64,000 bases of DNA from Nitrospinales bacterium (GCA_965262115.1 OZ253496.1:2620265-2684264); one strand, 5' to 3'; counted from the stretch's first letter, positions 8,974 to 19,954 are shown. Numbers and translations: made by a program. Notes: generated from the letters alone by a model not told the origin.

Positions 8974-9709
8974 CCTCGACCCCATTAACCTCTATTCCGA
9001 TAACATTAGCATGCAGGGAGCCGCCTGTAATGGGTTGGAACATAGTGAGGTAGGAAGAAAAAGTCATCCGTCGTGGTCGGGAAAAAAACAAGTTGTCTAT
9101 ATGGTCTTTTCCGGCGCGAAAATTCATTAATCCATTGGACAAAATATCATCAATCTGGACCACAATAGCTTCCGTCTCGATCTCGGTGGTCCCCGGCGCG
9201 TTTTCAGGGGCAGGAAATAAAGAATTACTGGATGCTTGACCGGTTATGTTTCCTACAACCTGGAAATAGTAAGAGACTTTAGGAGCCAATGTCCCGCCGG
9301 ACAAAATTTGCCAGTTGACGATCTTCAAAGCAGTATCGCTGACATCGGTTCGTGTTTCACCGATGGCACCATCCGCCCCTTCGGGAGGAACGTTGAGAAC
9401 ACCTGTTATTCTGTTCCACTTCCGCTTTTCGTATTGTGGAAGAGCGAAGTTTAACCGGAACGCAAGCGCAATGGGTTTTTCCCAAAGGTAAGTACCTTCT
9501 TCCCCCGGCATGCGGTAACCGTTTTGTTTAAAGGCGATGCCTATAGAATTAAGTTTTGGGAACCCGGTGTGACAAAAAGAACACGCGATTTTATGGTCTC
9601 TGACAAAGGCAGGGATAGCTTCGCTTTTTTTTGGGGCAAGCGAAAAGAAAAGCAGGCAAATTATTATGTGGACGCCTGTTACAACCCCAATTCTGTTTAG
9701 CTTTTCCAT
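8974..9709 (-). pseudogene. Cyc2-like monoheme cytochrome c/beta-barrel fusion protein, 3'-truncated by IS end
   Basis: Signal peptide then AIPAFVRDHKIACSFCHTGFPKLNSIGIAFKQNGY (CxxCH in the Cyc2-type N-terminal context), followed by beta-strand-like segments. The reading frame runs into the IS IR at 8973. Confidence 0.7.
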
Positions 9710-9867
9710 AATTCTCTCCTTCAGGACTTGGTAACAAACACAGGGGCAATCCTATTTTTTAGTTGAAAATTGAACAATGCTTCAGGCCAAATCGTTATCT
9801 TTTCTCGTACTTGGACATCATGAAAGGTAGAATGTCTGTACGTAAATTTTGTCCAATAGGGTGTCTC

Positions 9868-11136
9868 ATGATCTTTGGTGACTCTAAAGCGCCGTGTGCT
9901 GAATTGGTGGTGATTGGTGATGAAGTGGTCAGCGGCTTGATCCTGGATCGCAACTCGCAATATTTGGGTGAGAAGATCCACGAACTGGGAATAGAGGTTT
10001 CCCGCATAACCACTGTAGGGGATTCATCTTCTGTTATTGAGGATTGCGTAAAACTTGCTCTGAAACGTTCGGACTGGGTTGTGCTGACGGGAGGGTTGGG
10101 GGCCACGCATGACGACATCACCAAATCCGTTTTACTTAAAGTGTTCGAGTGCGGTTTAAAAAAAGATTCTAAGGTGGTCAGCATGTTGGAAGAAATGTTT
10201 CGGGTCCGCGACCGGGAGGTTCCTGAAATTGTGAGAAGCCAGTGTGAGGTGCCTGAGAAAGCGGAAATCCTCTACAACGAAAAAGGAACCGCTCCCGGAT
10301 TTAAAATGCGGCAGGGAAAAACGGTTTTGTTTTCTTTGCCGGGAGTTCCTCTGGAGATGCAATTTTTGTTTGAGAAATATGTTGTTCCAGAAATGGCTGC
10401 GCAAAAAAATAAAACTTTCCTGCACCGGTTGATCAGAACCACAGGAATTTCCGAAGCAGACTTGTGGGCCAAGGTGGGACCGTTGGAAAGCTTACAGGAA
10501 AAAGCGGCGATAGCTTCCTTGCCTTCGCATCTGGGCGTTCGGATTCGCATTTCTGTGTTGGCAGAGTCTAAAGGGGAAGGGGAGTCCCGCCTCGATGAAG
10601 TGGAAAGTGTTTTGACCCAGCGCTTGTCCCGTTATATTTATGGGAGGGATGAAGAGGGGCTTGAGGAGAAAGTGGGCGCTTTGCTGAAGGAAAGATCATT
10701 GACTCTGGCTACGGCCGAGTCCTGCACCGGGGGTTTGATCGGGCATCGCCTGACACAGGTCTCCGGCAGTTCCGATTATTATAAGGAAGGTTTTATCGTC
10801 TACAGCAACGAAGCTAAAGTGGGTCGTCTGGGAGTAGAGTCAAAGTTGATTGAAGAATTTGGCGCGGTGAGTGAGCCGGTAGCCCGGGCCATGGCCGAAG
10901 GGGTTTGCCGGGTGACCGGAGCCGACATAGGGATTTCTGTAACCGGAATTGCCGGACCCTCCGGAGGCAGTGATCTCAAACCTGTGGGCTTGACCTATAT
11001 TGCAGTGCATGACCGGTCTGGAACGGTTTGTAAAAAATTTATTTTCACGCATGACCGGATTAAAAATAAAGAACGATCAGCGCAGGCCGCTTTGGATCTG
11101 GTGCGTTTGAAAATTCAAGAAGAGTCGGGAGCTTAA
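9868..11136 (+). CDS. cinA: CinA-family protein (MoCF-like domain plus NMN deamidase PncC)
   Basis: IGDEVVSG...DRNS, TGGLGATHDDIT, LPGVP, AESCTGG, TGIAGPSGGS motifs. Start chosen at ATG 9868. Confidence 0.93.
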   Translation: MIFGDSKAPCAELVVIGDEVVSGLILDRNSQYLGEKIHELGIEVSRITTVGDSSSVIEDCVKLALKRSDWVVLTGGLGATHDDITKSVLLKVFECGLKKDSKVVSMLEEMFRVRDREVPEIVRSQCEVPEKAEILYNEKGTAPGFKMRQGKTVLFSLPGVPLEMQFLFEKYVVPEMAAQKNKTFLHRLIRTTGISEADLWAKVGPLESLQEKAAIASLPSHLGVRIRISVLAESKGEGESRLDEVESVLTQRLSRYIYGRDEEGLEEKVGALLKERSLTLATAESCTGGLIGHRLTQVSGSSDYYKEGFIVYSNEAKVGRLGVESKLIEEFGAVSEPVARAMAEGVCRVTGADIGISVTGIAGPSGGSDLKPVGLTYIAVHDRSGTVCKKFIFTHDRIKNKERSAQAALDLVRLKIQEESGA

Positions 11137-11141
11137 AAAAA

Positions 11142-11318
11142 ATGCAGACCTGCCCGAATTGTTCTAAAGATATTTCCTCGCCCACTTTGGTTTGTCCGCA
11201 TTGTAATAAGCCTTTTCCACCGGATTACCCAAGTATGAGCCCGAAGGTGTTCATAGTGATATGGGTTTTTTTCGTGGCTCTGATAGTGGTAATGCTGGTT
11301 TCCATGCTGGGTCGCTAG
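11142..11318 (+). CDS. Small zinc-ribbon membrane protein (58 aa; below the ORF-track cutoff)
   Basis: MQTCPNCSKDISSPTLVCPHCNKPF...VFIVIWVFFVALIVVMLVSMLGR*: two CxxC motifs plus a C-terminal TM helix, 5 nt after the cinA stop. Confidence 0.75.
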   Translation: MQTCPNCSKDISSPTLVCPHCNKPFPPDYPSMSPKVFIVIWVFFVALIVVMLVSMLGR

Positions 11319-11330
11319 AAAATCTAAAAG

Positions 11331-11966
11331 CTAGCGAATATGTTTGAATGGCAGGATAAGAAAAATACCTGCAATGAACCCCCCGATGTGTGCGAACCAG
11401 GCTGTTCCTCCTGCACCTGCTGCCGCGCTGTTCCAAATTTGCAGGCCAATCCATATGAGCAGTAAAACAATGGCTGGGACTCTGGCGATGGTCCAGAAAA
11501 TCCCGAGAAAAATAAAAGTTTTGATGCGAGCGAAAGGGAACAATATCAGGTAAGCGCCAAGTATTCCTGATATAGCGCCACTGGCACCGACCATGGGGAT
11601 TTGTGAGTCAATATCGGTGGCAATATGCCCCGCTGCCGCGATCGTCCCGCACACAAAATAAAACAGGATGAAGCGAAATTTCCCCAGGGCGCCCTCAATA
11701 TTATTGCCGAAAATCCAGAGGTAAAGCATGTTCCCTCCGAGATGCCCGATTCCTGCGTGCAGAAACATGGAAGTGTAAAGGGTCGGGTAGGCGGCGACTG
11801 GATGGTGGACAAGTTGGTAGGGAATGAGAGCATAGTTTTCATAAAGCACGCTGGGGTGGACTGGCAGATTGACCCCGTAAATAAACACGGTGATGTTCAG
11901 GGCCATAAAAAGGAGCGTTAAAACCGGGAAGTTTCTAGTGGGGTTTTCATCTTTTAACGGGATCAT
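11331..11966 (-). CDS. Rhomboid-family intramembrane serine protease
   Basis: MIPLKDENP start, SMFLH...HLGGNM, GASGA and AWFAHIGGF catalytic motifs. Confidence 0.94.
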   Translation of the reverse strand: MIPLKDENPTRNFPVLTLLFMALNITVFIYGVNLPVHPSVLYENYALIPYQLVHHPVAAYPTLYTSMFLHAGIGHLGGNMLYLWIFGNNIEGALGKFRFILFYFVCGTIAAAGHIATDIDSQIPMVGASGAISGILGAYLILFPFARIKTFIFLGIFWTIARVPAIVLLLIWIGLQIWNSAAAGAGGTAWFAHIGGFIAGIFLILPFKHIR

Positions 11967-12045
11967 CGGTGGAGGCTTTGGCGGACAATATGATAGTATT
12001 GAAATAATGCCCTGCGATAGTAGCAGGTTTGCCATCGCCGGGCCA

Positions 12046-12087
12046 GTACCCCTCCGGGGCATGAAGGCTATTGTAGGGGTATAACAC
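12046..12087 (+). repeat. ~40-bp hairpin micro-repeat, copy 1 of 3
   Basis: GTACCCCTCCGGGGCATGAAG matches 63597.. (20/21) and the reverse complement of 31928..31947. Confidence 0.75.
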
Positions 12088-12166
12088 GTGTGCTGGGCTC
12101 AATTAAAGCATAGCAAGGTCAATATCATGGTTGTCTATATAAATCACGACTTTCGGGTGGTTATTC

Positions 12167-14563
12167 ATGAGTGAGTCTGAAGAACTGGTTCCCGGTTTTG
12201 ACGGGGAAGAAGTTCCTGTTGCGCGGGAACGACCGGAAGAATCCATTGAATGGGTTGTAGAGATCTACAGGAAGCACCAGTTGAAAAGGGTTTCTCATTG
12301 GCTGGACGAGAAACTGGGTAAGGGGAAAAGAAGCAAAACCCTTATTCCGTTGGTCTTGCTCGATGTCAACCCGATCATGCACCGGCAAAGCCTGCTTGAA
12401 CAGGTGTTCCCCGCTCCAAGAATCATTAACGAAGATTTGCTGGAGGTCAACCGGCTGAAGATCATGCTGGATGCCGGATCGGGGATGGGCAAAACGACTT
12501 TTCTGAAACGTTATCTGGAAACGCTTCTTCAGAGACCGGCGCATGAGGTCTATTCTCTTCCTGTTTATTTCCATTTTGGACATCTGCTGGAAGGGGGAAG
12601 GTTCGACCTGTTCCGTGAAGCGGTGAACCGTGAAATTATCGAGGTGGTTCTGCTTGAACAGGAAGACAACCCGGATTTGATTTTGGATGAAGGTCTCCTT
12701 GAGAATACGGTTAACTCCATTTTTAACTACAGCAAGTGCCAGTTCCTGCTAGATGGATTTGACCAGCTCAATCCTCAGGACCGGTTCCAGTTTTTTATGG
12801 AATCGTTTCTGGAAGATAACGCCTTTCGCAGTAATTTTGTTTTGCTTACCAGCCGTGGGTTCAATTTTGGCTCTTTATCCACCGACGCGGTGGTTAAACG
12901 TGGGGAAGGTGCTGCGTTTCAAATGGCTTTCCAGAAAATTGACCCGAAGGAAAGTTCTATCTATCTGAGAGAGGCCTCTAAAAATAAAAAGATCAAAGAT
13001 CTGGCTCTTTTCACTCCAGAGCTTTTAGAAGTCCCGCTTTTATTGCGGATGATTCGTGAGCTTTCTGAAAACGAACTCTTGGACGGGTTGAGGAACAGGA
13101 TGGAAATTTATTCGGCCTGGTTTCGTCTTAAACTGAAATCGGCCAACCCTTCTGAGGATGAGAGTTGGGTGGAAAACTGCCTCGACCAACTTGCCGGAAT
13201 TTCTTACAGTTTGATGACCCAGGACCGGCAACAACGTTTTCTTGATGTGGAGCAGGGTTACGAAAAATCAATCCTTGAAGGAAAGGAAATTCTTTTGCAG
13301 GAGGGAAGTGTTGCTCCCTGGTGGAAAGACATCTTACAGCAGACGATTAGGTGTTGGGAATATTGCCACCCGTCGTTTCAGGAATATTTTGCAAGCCGGT
13401 ATATACAGAATAATGATAGCTGGAAGGAAATGGTTCGGGAGAACTGTGGCAATGAGAAATGGCACGAGGCCTTTAAGATTCTGGCCGGAGGTGTTTCTGG
13501 CAAAGAGTTGTTCGATATTTTGATTGCAGAGGGGGCGGTGATGCTGGCGGGAAACTCGCTGGCGGAGGTGGGCGACCTGCCGAAGGAGCAAGACCTGCTG
13601 ATAAGGCAGTTGTTGAAATACCAGTGCAAGGAAACCTTTCCACAATTTTCCCAGTGCCGACAGGTGCGTGTCGAAGAAGTCATTCAGTGCAACGAAACCG
13701 GATACATGGATCTCCTGCTAAGCCGTTTATTAAAACGCCAGCATCGTGACAGTCGAATTTTATTCAGTGTGTTCGAACTGATTCTGGCAAGACATGACCT
13801 GAACTTTCATCGACTTCTGGATACGTTTGATTTGGGATCTCTGAAGAATCTTGAGGAGTTTAAGGCGTTTTTTACTGAAGTGACTGACCCGGAGCAGGTG
13901 AACAAGACAACACTCAAAAAACTTGGCGAAAGGGTCACCATCCCTGAAGGAAAATTTATTTATCAGGAAGAGAATGATGAAGAGGACAAGGTTCTCCTGA
14001 AAGAATTTTCGATCATGAAATTTCCGGTCACCAATGTTTTATATCAGCAGTTCGACCCGCAACACCAAAACCGGTTTCCCCGGTATTCTTTTGATGGCGA
14101 TCAGCCTGTTATTGGCATCAATTATTATGAAGCGATTATTTTTGCTCTCTGGATGGGGTTGAGGCTGCCCACAGAACAGGAGTGGGAAAAGGCGGCCCGG
14201 GGAACGGATGGCCGGATTTATCCCTGGGGCGAGGCGATGGGCTATGAAAAAGGCTTTGCTAATACCTGTGACTTCATGGCTTGCAAGACCAATCCGGTCA
14301 TGGAACTGGAGCAGGGCATGTCTCCTTACGGGTGTTTCGATATGGCAGGCAACGTCTGGGAATGGTGCATGCAGAAAAATGTTTCCAAGCATACCACTCA
14401 AAGGATTGTGCGGGGTGGATCGTGGATGAATTATCTGGTGCACGCCAAATGTGTCTTCAGGAACTCCTTTGATCCTTCTGAGCGGCATTTGGCTGTCGGA
14501 CTGCGGTGCGTAGAAGCTCCTCAGTTTACCGAGGTTGAGAGTGATGATCTGGATGACTTCTAA
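12167..14563 (+). CDS. NACHT-like STAND NTPase fused to a C-terminal FGE-sulfatase (SUMF1/C-type lectin fold) domain
   Basis: Walker [10 protein letters not shown], Walker [18 protein letters not shown], winged-helix [11 protein letters not shown]-terminus [36 protein letters not shown]. Confidence 0.88.
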   Translation: MSESEELVPGFDGEEVPVARERPEESIEWVVEIYRKHQLKRVSHWLDEKLGKGKRSKTLIPLVLLDVNPIMHRQSLLEQVFPAPRIINEDLLEVNRLKIMLDAGSGMGKTTFLKRYLETLLQRPAHEVYSLPVYFHFGHLLEGGRFDLFREAVNREIIEVVLLEQEDNPDLILDEGLLENTVNSIFNYSKCQFLLDGFDQLNPQDRFQFFMESFLEDNAFRSNFVLLTSRGFNFGSLSTDAVVKRGEGAAFQMAFQKIDPKESSIYLREASKNKKIKDLALFTPELLEVPLLLRMIRELSENELLDGLRNRMEIYSAWFRLKLKSANPSEDESWVENCLDQLAGISYSLMTQDRQQRFLDVEQGYEKSILEGKEILLQEGSVAPWWKDILQQTIRCWEYCHPSFQEYFASRYIQNNDSWKEMVRENCGNEKWHEAFKILAGGVSGKELFDILIAEGAVMLAGNSLAEVGDLPKEQDLLIRQLLKYQCKETFPQFSQCRQVRVEEVIQCNETGYMDLLLSRLLKRQHRDSRILFSVFELILARHDLNFHRLLDTFDLGSLKNLEEFKAFFTEVTDPEQVNKTTLKKLGERVTIPEGKFIYQEENDEEDKVLLKEFSIMKFPVTNVLYQQFDPQHQNRFPRYSFDGDQPVIGINYYEAIIFALWMGLRLPTEQEWEKAARGTDGRIYPWGEAMGYEKGFANTCDFMACKTNPVMELEQGMSPYGCFDMAGNVWEWCMQKNVSKHTTQRIVRGGSWMNYLVHAKCVFRNSFDPSERHLAVGLRCVEAPQFTEVESDDLDDF

Positions 14564-14574
14564 AGCTTTTTTCC

Positions 14575-15191
14575 TTGCGCGATGCTCTTGGGCAGGAGGC
14601 GGTTCCTGAAGCGGGTGTTCGTGAGGGGCTGGATGTCATTAAGGAAAAAGTCCTGGATGAAAGCACGATTCATGCTGTCGATGAAGTCGGCGCCATGGTG
14701 GCGAAAGAGGTGGAAGAAATCGCCTCGGAAGTTGAGGAATTTGTTTTCAAGAATAAACTAGCAGGAAAGGTGGAAGTTTCCTCGGATGAGCGAGGTGCGA
14801 TCATAACCCTCTCAGATACGGTAATGTTCCCTCCATGCAAGTCTAGGATGACGTATACTGGAGGTGAGATTATTAAGCAAGTATTCGATATTTTAAAGCA
14901 ATTCAGCTATCAGGTAAAGATTGAAGGACATACCGATAGCATGGATATAAGAACGAAACAGTACCCCTCCAACTGGGAGTTGTCCGCTGCTCGCGCTGCG
15001 GAAGTGGCCAGGATGCTGGTTAAGGCGGGTTTCGACCCGACTAATTTGTCTATATCGAAGCTTTTGCACAATACCGGCCTAAAGTCCCCAATGACAGCCG
15101 GGCGGCAGGACGGGCCACCAACCGCAGGATCGAAATTGTGTATCAGCGTGGTAGCATCCGCAAGCATATGGTGAATATTCTTCGTCGATAA
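14575..15191 (+). pseudogene. motB: Flagellar motor protein MotB (OmpA-like domain) fragment, frameshifted
   Basis: ERGAIITL, KIEGHTD, YPSNWELSAARA. The C-terminus (FAQYRPKVPND...NRRIEI) continues in a shifted frame to TAA at 15191. The N-terminal TM segment is absent. Confidence 0.85.
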
Positions 15192-15230
15192 AGCGTTTCC
15201 AATGTCTTTCCCCAGAATCGAAGTCGCCCT

Positions 15231-16343
15231 TTGATAGAGGACAAACACATTCAATATATGAGAAGAGCGCTTGAGCTTGCCCAAATGGCTCGGGGCAGAA
15301 CCAGTCCGAATCCCATGGTGGGGGCGGTTGTGGTCAGGCGTGGCAAGGTCGTGGGAGAAGGTTATCATTCCCGTGCAGGTCAACCTCATGCCGAGATAGA
15401 GGCCTTAAGGTGGGCAGGTGACAAAGCTCGGTCCGCCGACCTTTACGTTAATTTGGAACCGTGTTGTCATTTTGGCCGGACACCTCCCTGCACTGATGCG
15501 ATTATTCAGGCGGAAATTAAAAGGGTCTTTGTCGGTATGAAAGATCCTAATAACCAGGTCAGCGGGAAAGGTTTGCGTTCGCTCAAAGCAAAAGGCATCG
15601 TCATTGTCTCGGGTGTATTGAAGGAAGAATGTTTGAAGCTGAATGAATCGTTTATAAAGGTTATGAAAACGGGAATGCCATTCGTGATTTTGAAAACAGC
15701 CATGTCTTTGGATGGAAAAATTGCCACCCGTTCCGGAGACTCGCGTTGGATTACCGGGAAGTTGGCGCGCAATCATGTTCACAAGATCAGAAACCAGGTG
15801 GATGCCATCCTGGTGGGAACAGAAACCGTTTTAAAAGACAACCCACGTTTGACTTGCAGGCTTGAAACAGGCGCGGTTAAACATCCTGTTCGTATTATCC
15901 TGGATCGAAGAAATAGAATCCCGCTCACTGCCAAGGTTTTTAAAAATAGCCGTTCCCAAAAGGTTATTTATGTGACCGGCGATGGTATTTCTTCTCGCCG
16001 CCTGAAATCTCTGATTGACAGGAAGGTCGAAATTCTGAACGGAAAATCCTCAAAGAACGGATTCCACATCAAACCTCTCCTGAAAGAATTGGTAAACAGG
16101 GGTATGAACTCTATACTGGTTGAAGGTGGTGCCGAGCTGAATGCCAGCGTTGTTAAAGTCGGCATGGTAGACAGGGTTGTTGCATTCATCAGTCCGCTAT
16201 TAATAGGTGGGACGCAGGCCCCCGGTTTTCTGGGCGGACAGGGAGTGATGAAGGTGAATGGCGCGATGAATTTAAAAGATATTGTGGTGACGAAAATCGG
16301 TGAGGATTTAATGGTGGAGGCAACCCCATGTTCAGCGGAATAG
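15231..16343 (+). CDS. ribD: Riboflavin biosynthesis deaminase/reductase RibD
   Basis: PNPMVG, HAE, LEPCCHFGRTPPC, SLDGKIA, VEGG motifs. Confidence 0.97.
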   Translation: MIEDKHIQYMRRALELAQMARGRTSPNPMVGAVVVRRGKVVGEGYHSRAGQPHAEIEALRWAGDKARSADLYVNLEPCCHFGRTPPCTDAIIQAEIKRVFVGMKDPNNQVSGKGLRSLKAKGIVIVSGVLKEECLKLNESFIKVMKTGMPFVILKTAMSLDGKIATRSGDSRWITGKLARNHVHKIRNQVDAILVGTETVLKDNPRLTCRLETGAVKHPVRIILDRRNRIPLTAKVFKNSRSQKVIYVTGDGISSRRLKSLIDRKVEILNGKSSKNGFHIKPLLKELVNRGMNSILVEGGAELNASVVKVGMVDRVVAFISPLLIGGTQAPGFLGGQGVMKVNGAMNLKDIVVTKIGEDLMVEATPCSAE

Positions 16344-16978
16344 TGCAATCGGTAGGAACGATTGGTGAGTTTGTCCAGCAAAACGAAGGAGCCGTACTGG
16401 TTGTGAATACTGAAAAGGACTTTTCTGGATTTGAGGATGGTGAGAGCATTGCTGTGAACGGAGTTTGCCTCACTGTTGTGGACTCCACGCCGATGACTTT
16501 CAAACTGGACTTGAGTACCGAAACCCTCAATCGGACCAATTTTAAAGATATAAAAAAAGGAGACCGGGTTAACCTGGAACAATCTCTTACCCCTTCGACG
16601 AAAATCAGCGGACATTTTGTCAGCGGACATATTGACCGTGTTGGTGAAATCGTGGACATTGAGGAAAAGCCGGGCGAGGTCTTATTTCGGTTTTCCCATC
16701 CTGAAGAACTCGGTTCTTTCATCATGGAAAAAGGGTCTATCGCCCTGGATGGCATCAGCCTAACTGTTTTCGATTGCAAGGACAATCGGTTCACGGTTTC
16801 CATCATTCCTTTTACTTTGGATCATACGAACTTGAGTGCCAGAAAAATTGGCGATTTAATAAATATTGAATGTGATATGCTAGGTAAATACGTGTTTAAA
16901 GCTTGTGAAACCTTGTTGAAACCGGGCGAAAAAAAACCTTCTCTGGATTTTCTCCGGCAACAGGGCTTCTCGCAATAG
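16328..16978 (+). CDS. ribE: Riboflavin synthase (alpha chain)
   Basis: MFSGIV start, [32 protein letters not shown]. Confidence 0.96.
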   Translation: MFSGIVQSVGTIGEFVQQNEGAVLVVNTEKDFSGFEDGESIAVNGVCLTVVDSTPMTFKLDLSTETLNRTNFKDIKKGDRVNLEQSLTPSTKISGHFVSGHIDRVGEIVDIEEKPGEVLFRFSHPEELGSFIMEKGSIALDGISLTVFDCKDNRFTVSIIPFTLDHTNLSARKIGDLINIECDMLGKYVFKACETLLKPGEKKPSLDFLRQQGFSQ

Positions 16979-16986
16979 AGGAAGTC

Positions 16987-18198
16987 ATGCAAAAAGAATT
17001 CAGCACCATAGAAGAAGCCGTTGAAGATGCCCGACAGGGGAAAATGATTGTCATCGTGGATGACGAGGATCGGGAGAATGAAGGAGACCTGATGGTCGCT
17101 GCGGAGAAAGTCACCCCGGAACTCATAAACTTCATGGCTAAATTCGGTCGTGGTCTAATTTGTCTCACCCTGACGGAGAGCCGGACCCTTGAATTGGGAT
17201 TGAGCATGATGGTTGATGATAACCAGTCTGCCTTTGAAACTCCATTTACGGTTTCCATTGATGCCAGGCATGGTGTGGCGACCGGGATTTCAGCAGCTGA
17301 CAGGTCTCATACGATCAAAGTCGCGATTGATCCGGATTCTTCCAGAAATGACTTGGTTAGACCGGGACATATTTTTCCCTTGCGGGCCAAAAACGGAGGC
17401 GTGCTGGTCCGTATGGGACAAACCGAAGCGTCGGTGGATATCGCGCGTATTGCTGGTTTACAACCTTATGGTGTGATTTGTGAAATCATGAATGATGACG
17501 GCACCATGGCCCGGGTTTCTCACCTGAAGAAATTTATAAAAAAGCATGGGTTGAAAATGATCACCACCAAAGACCTTGCTGAATACAGGCTCAAGCAGGA
17601 AGCGTTGGTGGAAGAGGTCACCTCCACCATTTTGCCGACTCATTCGGGTGAGTTTCGCGCTGTAGTGTTTAAAAATATTTTGAATGACCAGACACATATT
17701 GCTTTGGTCAAGGGAGAGATTCAAGCTGATGAACCGACATTGGTGCGGGTGCATTCACAATGTTTGACCGGTGATGTTTTTGGTTCCTACCGGTGCGATT
17801 GCGGTGAGCAATTGAAAAAATCCATGGAAATGATTGAGCAGGAAGGCAAAGGTGTCCTGCTTTATTTGTATCAGGAAGGACGGGGGATAGGAATCGTCAA
17901 CAAGATGAAGGCCTATGCTTTGCAAGATGCGGGAAAAGACACCGTACAGGCCAATGAAGAACTTGGATTCAAGCCTGATTTGCGGGACTATGGCATTGGT
18001 GCTCAGATCCTGCGCAAGTTGGGGCTGGGAAAGATTCGCATCATGACGAACAATCCCAGAAAGATCGTTGGGCTTGAAGGTTATGGCCTGCATATGGTGG
18101 AAAGGGTACCCATTGAAGTCCAGGCTAAAAAAGACAATATCAAATACCTTCAGACCAAGCGGAAAAAATTGGGCCATATGTTTCAAAATATTAAATGA
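16987..18198 (+). CDS. ribBA: Bifunctional DHBP synthase / GTP cyclohydrolase II
   Basis: [51 protein letters not shown]. Confidence 0.97.
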   Translation: MQKEFSTIEEAVEDARQGKMIVIVDDEDRENEGDLMVAAEKVTPELINFMAKFGRGLICLTLTESRTLELGLSMMVDDNQSAFETPFTVSIDARHGVATGISAADRSHTIKVAIDPDSSRNDLVRPGHIFPLRAKNGGVLVRMGQTEASVDIARIAGLQPYGVICEIMNDDGTMARVSHLKKFIKKHGLKMITTKDLAEYRLKQEALVEEVTSTILPTHSGEFRAVVFKNILNDQTHIALVKGEIQADEPTLVRVHSQCLTGDVFGSYRCDCGEQLKKSMEMIEQEGKGVLLYLYQEGRGIGIVNKMKAYALQDAGKDTVQANEELGFKPDLRDYGIGAQILRKLGLGKIRIMTNNPRKIVGLEGYGLHMVERVPIEVQAKKDNIKYLQTKRKKLGHMFQNIK

Positions 18199-18207
18199 AC
18201 CATTTGC

Positions 18208-18672
18208 ATGGCTAAATATATAGAGGGGGACCACAACGCCGCAGGGCTCCGTTTTGGAATCGTAGTGAGCCGTTTTAATGACTTGGTGACCAGCAAGCTT
18301 CTCAGCGGCGCGCTTTCAGCATTCAAAGAGCAGGGTGCCGATGAGGAAAACCTGGAAGTGATTCAGGTTCCCGGAGCATTCGAAATTCCTCAGGCGGCTA
18401 AAAAACTTTGTTCCACCCGAAATTTCGATGCCATCGTCTGCCTGGGGGCAGTGATTAAGGGAGGCACCCCACACTTCGAATATATTTCGGCTGAAACCAG
18501 CCGGGGGATTAATCAGGTAGGACTCGAGTTTAATATTCCTGTTTTGTTTGGTGTGTTAACCACGAATGACCTTGAGCAGGCGGTCGCAAGGTCGGGCTCC
18601 GACTCTTCCAATAAGGGAAGAGAGACGGCACTGGCGGCTGTCGAAATGGCAAATTTATACAGGAAAATTTGA
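18208..18672 (+). CDS. ribH: 6,7-dimethyl-8-ribityllumazine synthase
   Basis: SRFN, VPGAFEIP, LGAVIKGGTPHFEYI, FGVLT, NKG. Confidence 0.97.
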   Translation: MAKYIEGDHNAAGLRFGIVVSRFNDLVTSKLLSGALSAFKEQGADEENLEVIQVPGAFEIPQAAKKLCSTRNFDAIVCLGAVIKGGTPHFEYISAETSRGINQVGLEFNIPVLFGVLTTNDLEQAVARSGSDSSNKGRETALAAVEMANLYRKI

Positions 18673-18680
18673 GGTAACTT

Positions 18681-19100
18681 ATGGGAAAGCGGCGTGCTGC
18701 CAGGGAACTGGCTTTAAAGTTCCTGTATCATAGCGAGTTCAACCAGGATGACCTTGAAACTCAGATGGAACAGTTTTGTGAAAGAGCCAATGCCCAGGCT
18801 GAAATCATCGAATTCACAAAAATGCTGGTCGAGAAGGTTTTTACTCATGCTGAAGAGATCAATATTATGCTTAAAAAATTCAGTGACCACTGGGCGCTGG
18901 AACGCATGTCTATGGTCGACCGCAACATTTTGCGCCTGGGTATTTGCGAGTTGATGTTTGAGGCTTCCACACCACCCAAAGTAGTCATTAACGAGGCTGT
19001 TGAGATCGCCAAAAAATTCGGCACCGAAGACTCCCCTGATTTTATCAACGGTATCCTCGACAAGGTTTTTAAAGAAACGGACACCTCAACCGTGAAGTAA
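18681..19100 (+). CDS. nusB: Transcription antitermination factor NusB
   Basis: RRAARE, DRNILR, INEAVEIAKKF, FINGILD; follows ribH. Confidence 0.96.
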   Translation: MGKRRAARELALKFLYHSEFNQDDLETQMEQFCERANAQAEIIEFTKMLVEKVFTHAEEINIMLKKFSDHWALERMSMVDRNILRLGICELMFEASTPPKVVINEAVEIAKKFGTEDSPDFINGILDKVFKETDTSTVK

Positions 19101-19108
19101 ACCGGCCC

Positions 19109-19837
19109 ATGCGTTATATCATCTTCTCCGATTTGCATAGCAACCTTGAAGCCCTGAATCAATTCGAAAAAGAGATCGAAACGATTGCTCACGACAAGCT
19201 GGTTTGCCTGGGGGATATTGTCGGGTATGGAGCTGATCCCAACCCTTGTGTTGAATGAGTGATGGAAAATGCGGATTTGACCATAGCGGGAAACCACGAT
19301 TGGGGTGCTGTCGAAAAGACCGACATCACTTATTTTAATTCCTACGCCTTTGAATCGTGCCTGTGGACCCGAGAAAAACTGACGGGAAAAAACAAAGACT
19401 TTCTCCGGTCGCTTCCCCTGGACCATGAAGGAAAAGGAGTGTATTGGGTACATGCTTCTCCCTATGAGCCGGAAGCCTGGCATTATGTGACTTCAAAGGC
19501 CGGGGGTAAACGCTATTTCAAAAGCTTTGAAGCTCCCCTCTGTTTTGTGGGTCATTCTCACAAACCGATTATTCTCGAACAAACAGCGGATGGGGAGGTC
19601 AACGACTATGTCTCGGATATCTGGGATATTGAACCGGAAAATCGTTATATTTTTAATGATGGAAGTTTTGGGCAACCCCGGGATGGAAATCCGGACCCTG
19701 CTTTCATGATTTATGACTCCGAAGAAAAAACAGTGGAAGTCCGCCGTTTTGAATATGACTTGAATTTGGCTCAGGACAAAATCCGCGATAACGGTCTGCC
19801 TCCGTACCTGGCTGAGCGGCTGGCTGAAGGACGATGA
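19109..19837 (+). pseudogene. Metallophosphoesterase (calcineurin-like) with in-frame TGA at 19256-19258
   Basis: From ATG 19109: MRYIIFSDLHSN...LGDIVGYGADPNPCVE*VMENAD...GNHD...HASP...GHSH...GQPRDG. All motifs are in one frame across the stop. Confidence 0.85.
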
Positions 19838-19954
19838 CGCCCCTTCATTTGTAGACGAGTGCTATTGACCCGGATAGGGGAAAATGCTATGCTTAGCCAA
19901 TAACATCAATAAAATTAACTAGTTAATGTGATTGGGATTTTTTGAGGCCTTGCT

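Noticed and set aside
14380..14520. FGE-sulfatase C-terminus as the variable region of a diversity-generating retroelement
   Set aside because: No reverse transcriptase and no template repeat differing at adenines was seen in the window.
19256..19258. In-frame TGA in the phosphoesterase as evidence of a reassigned genetic code or selenocysteine
   Set aside because: TGA ends many clear genes here (purE, ribD, ribBA, ribH, der, cas1). The position is not a catalytic Cys site, and a TGG-to-TGA mutation is simpler.
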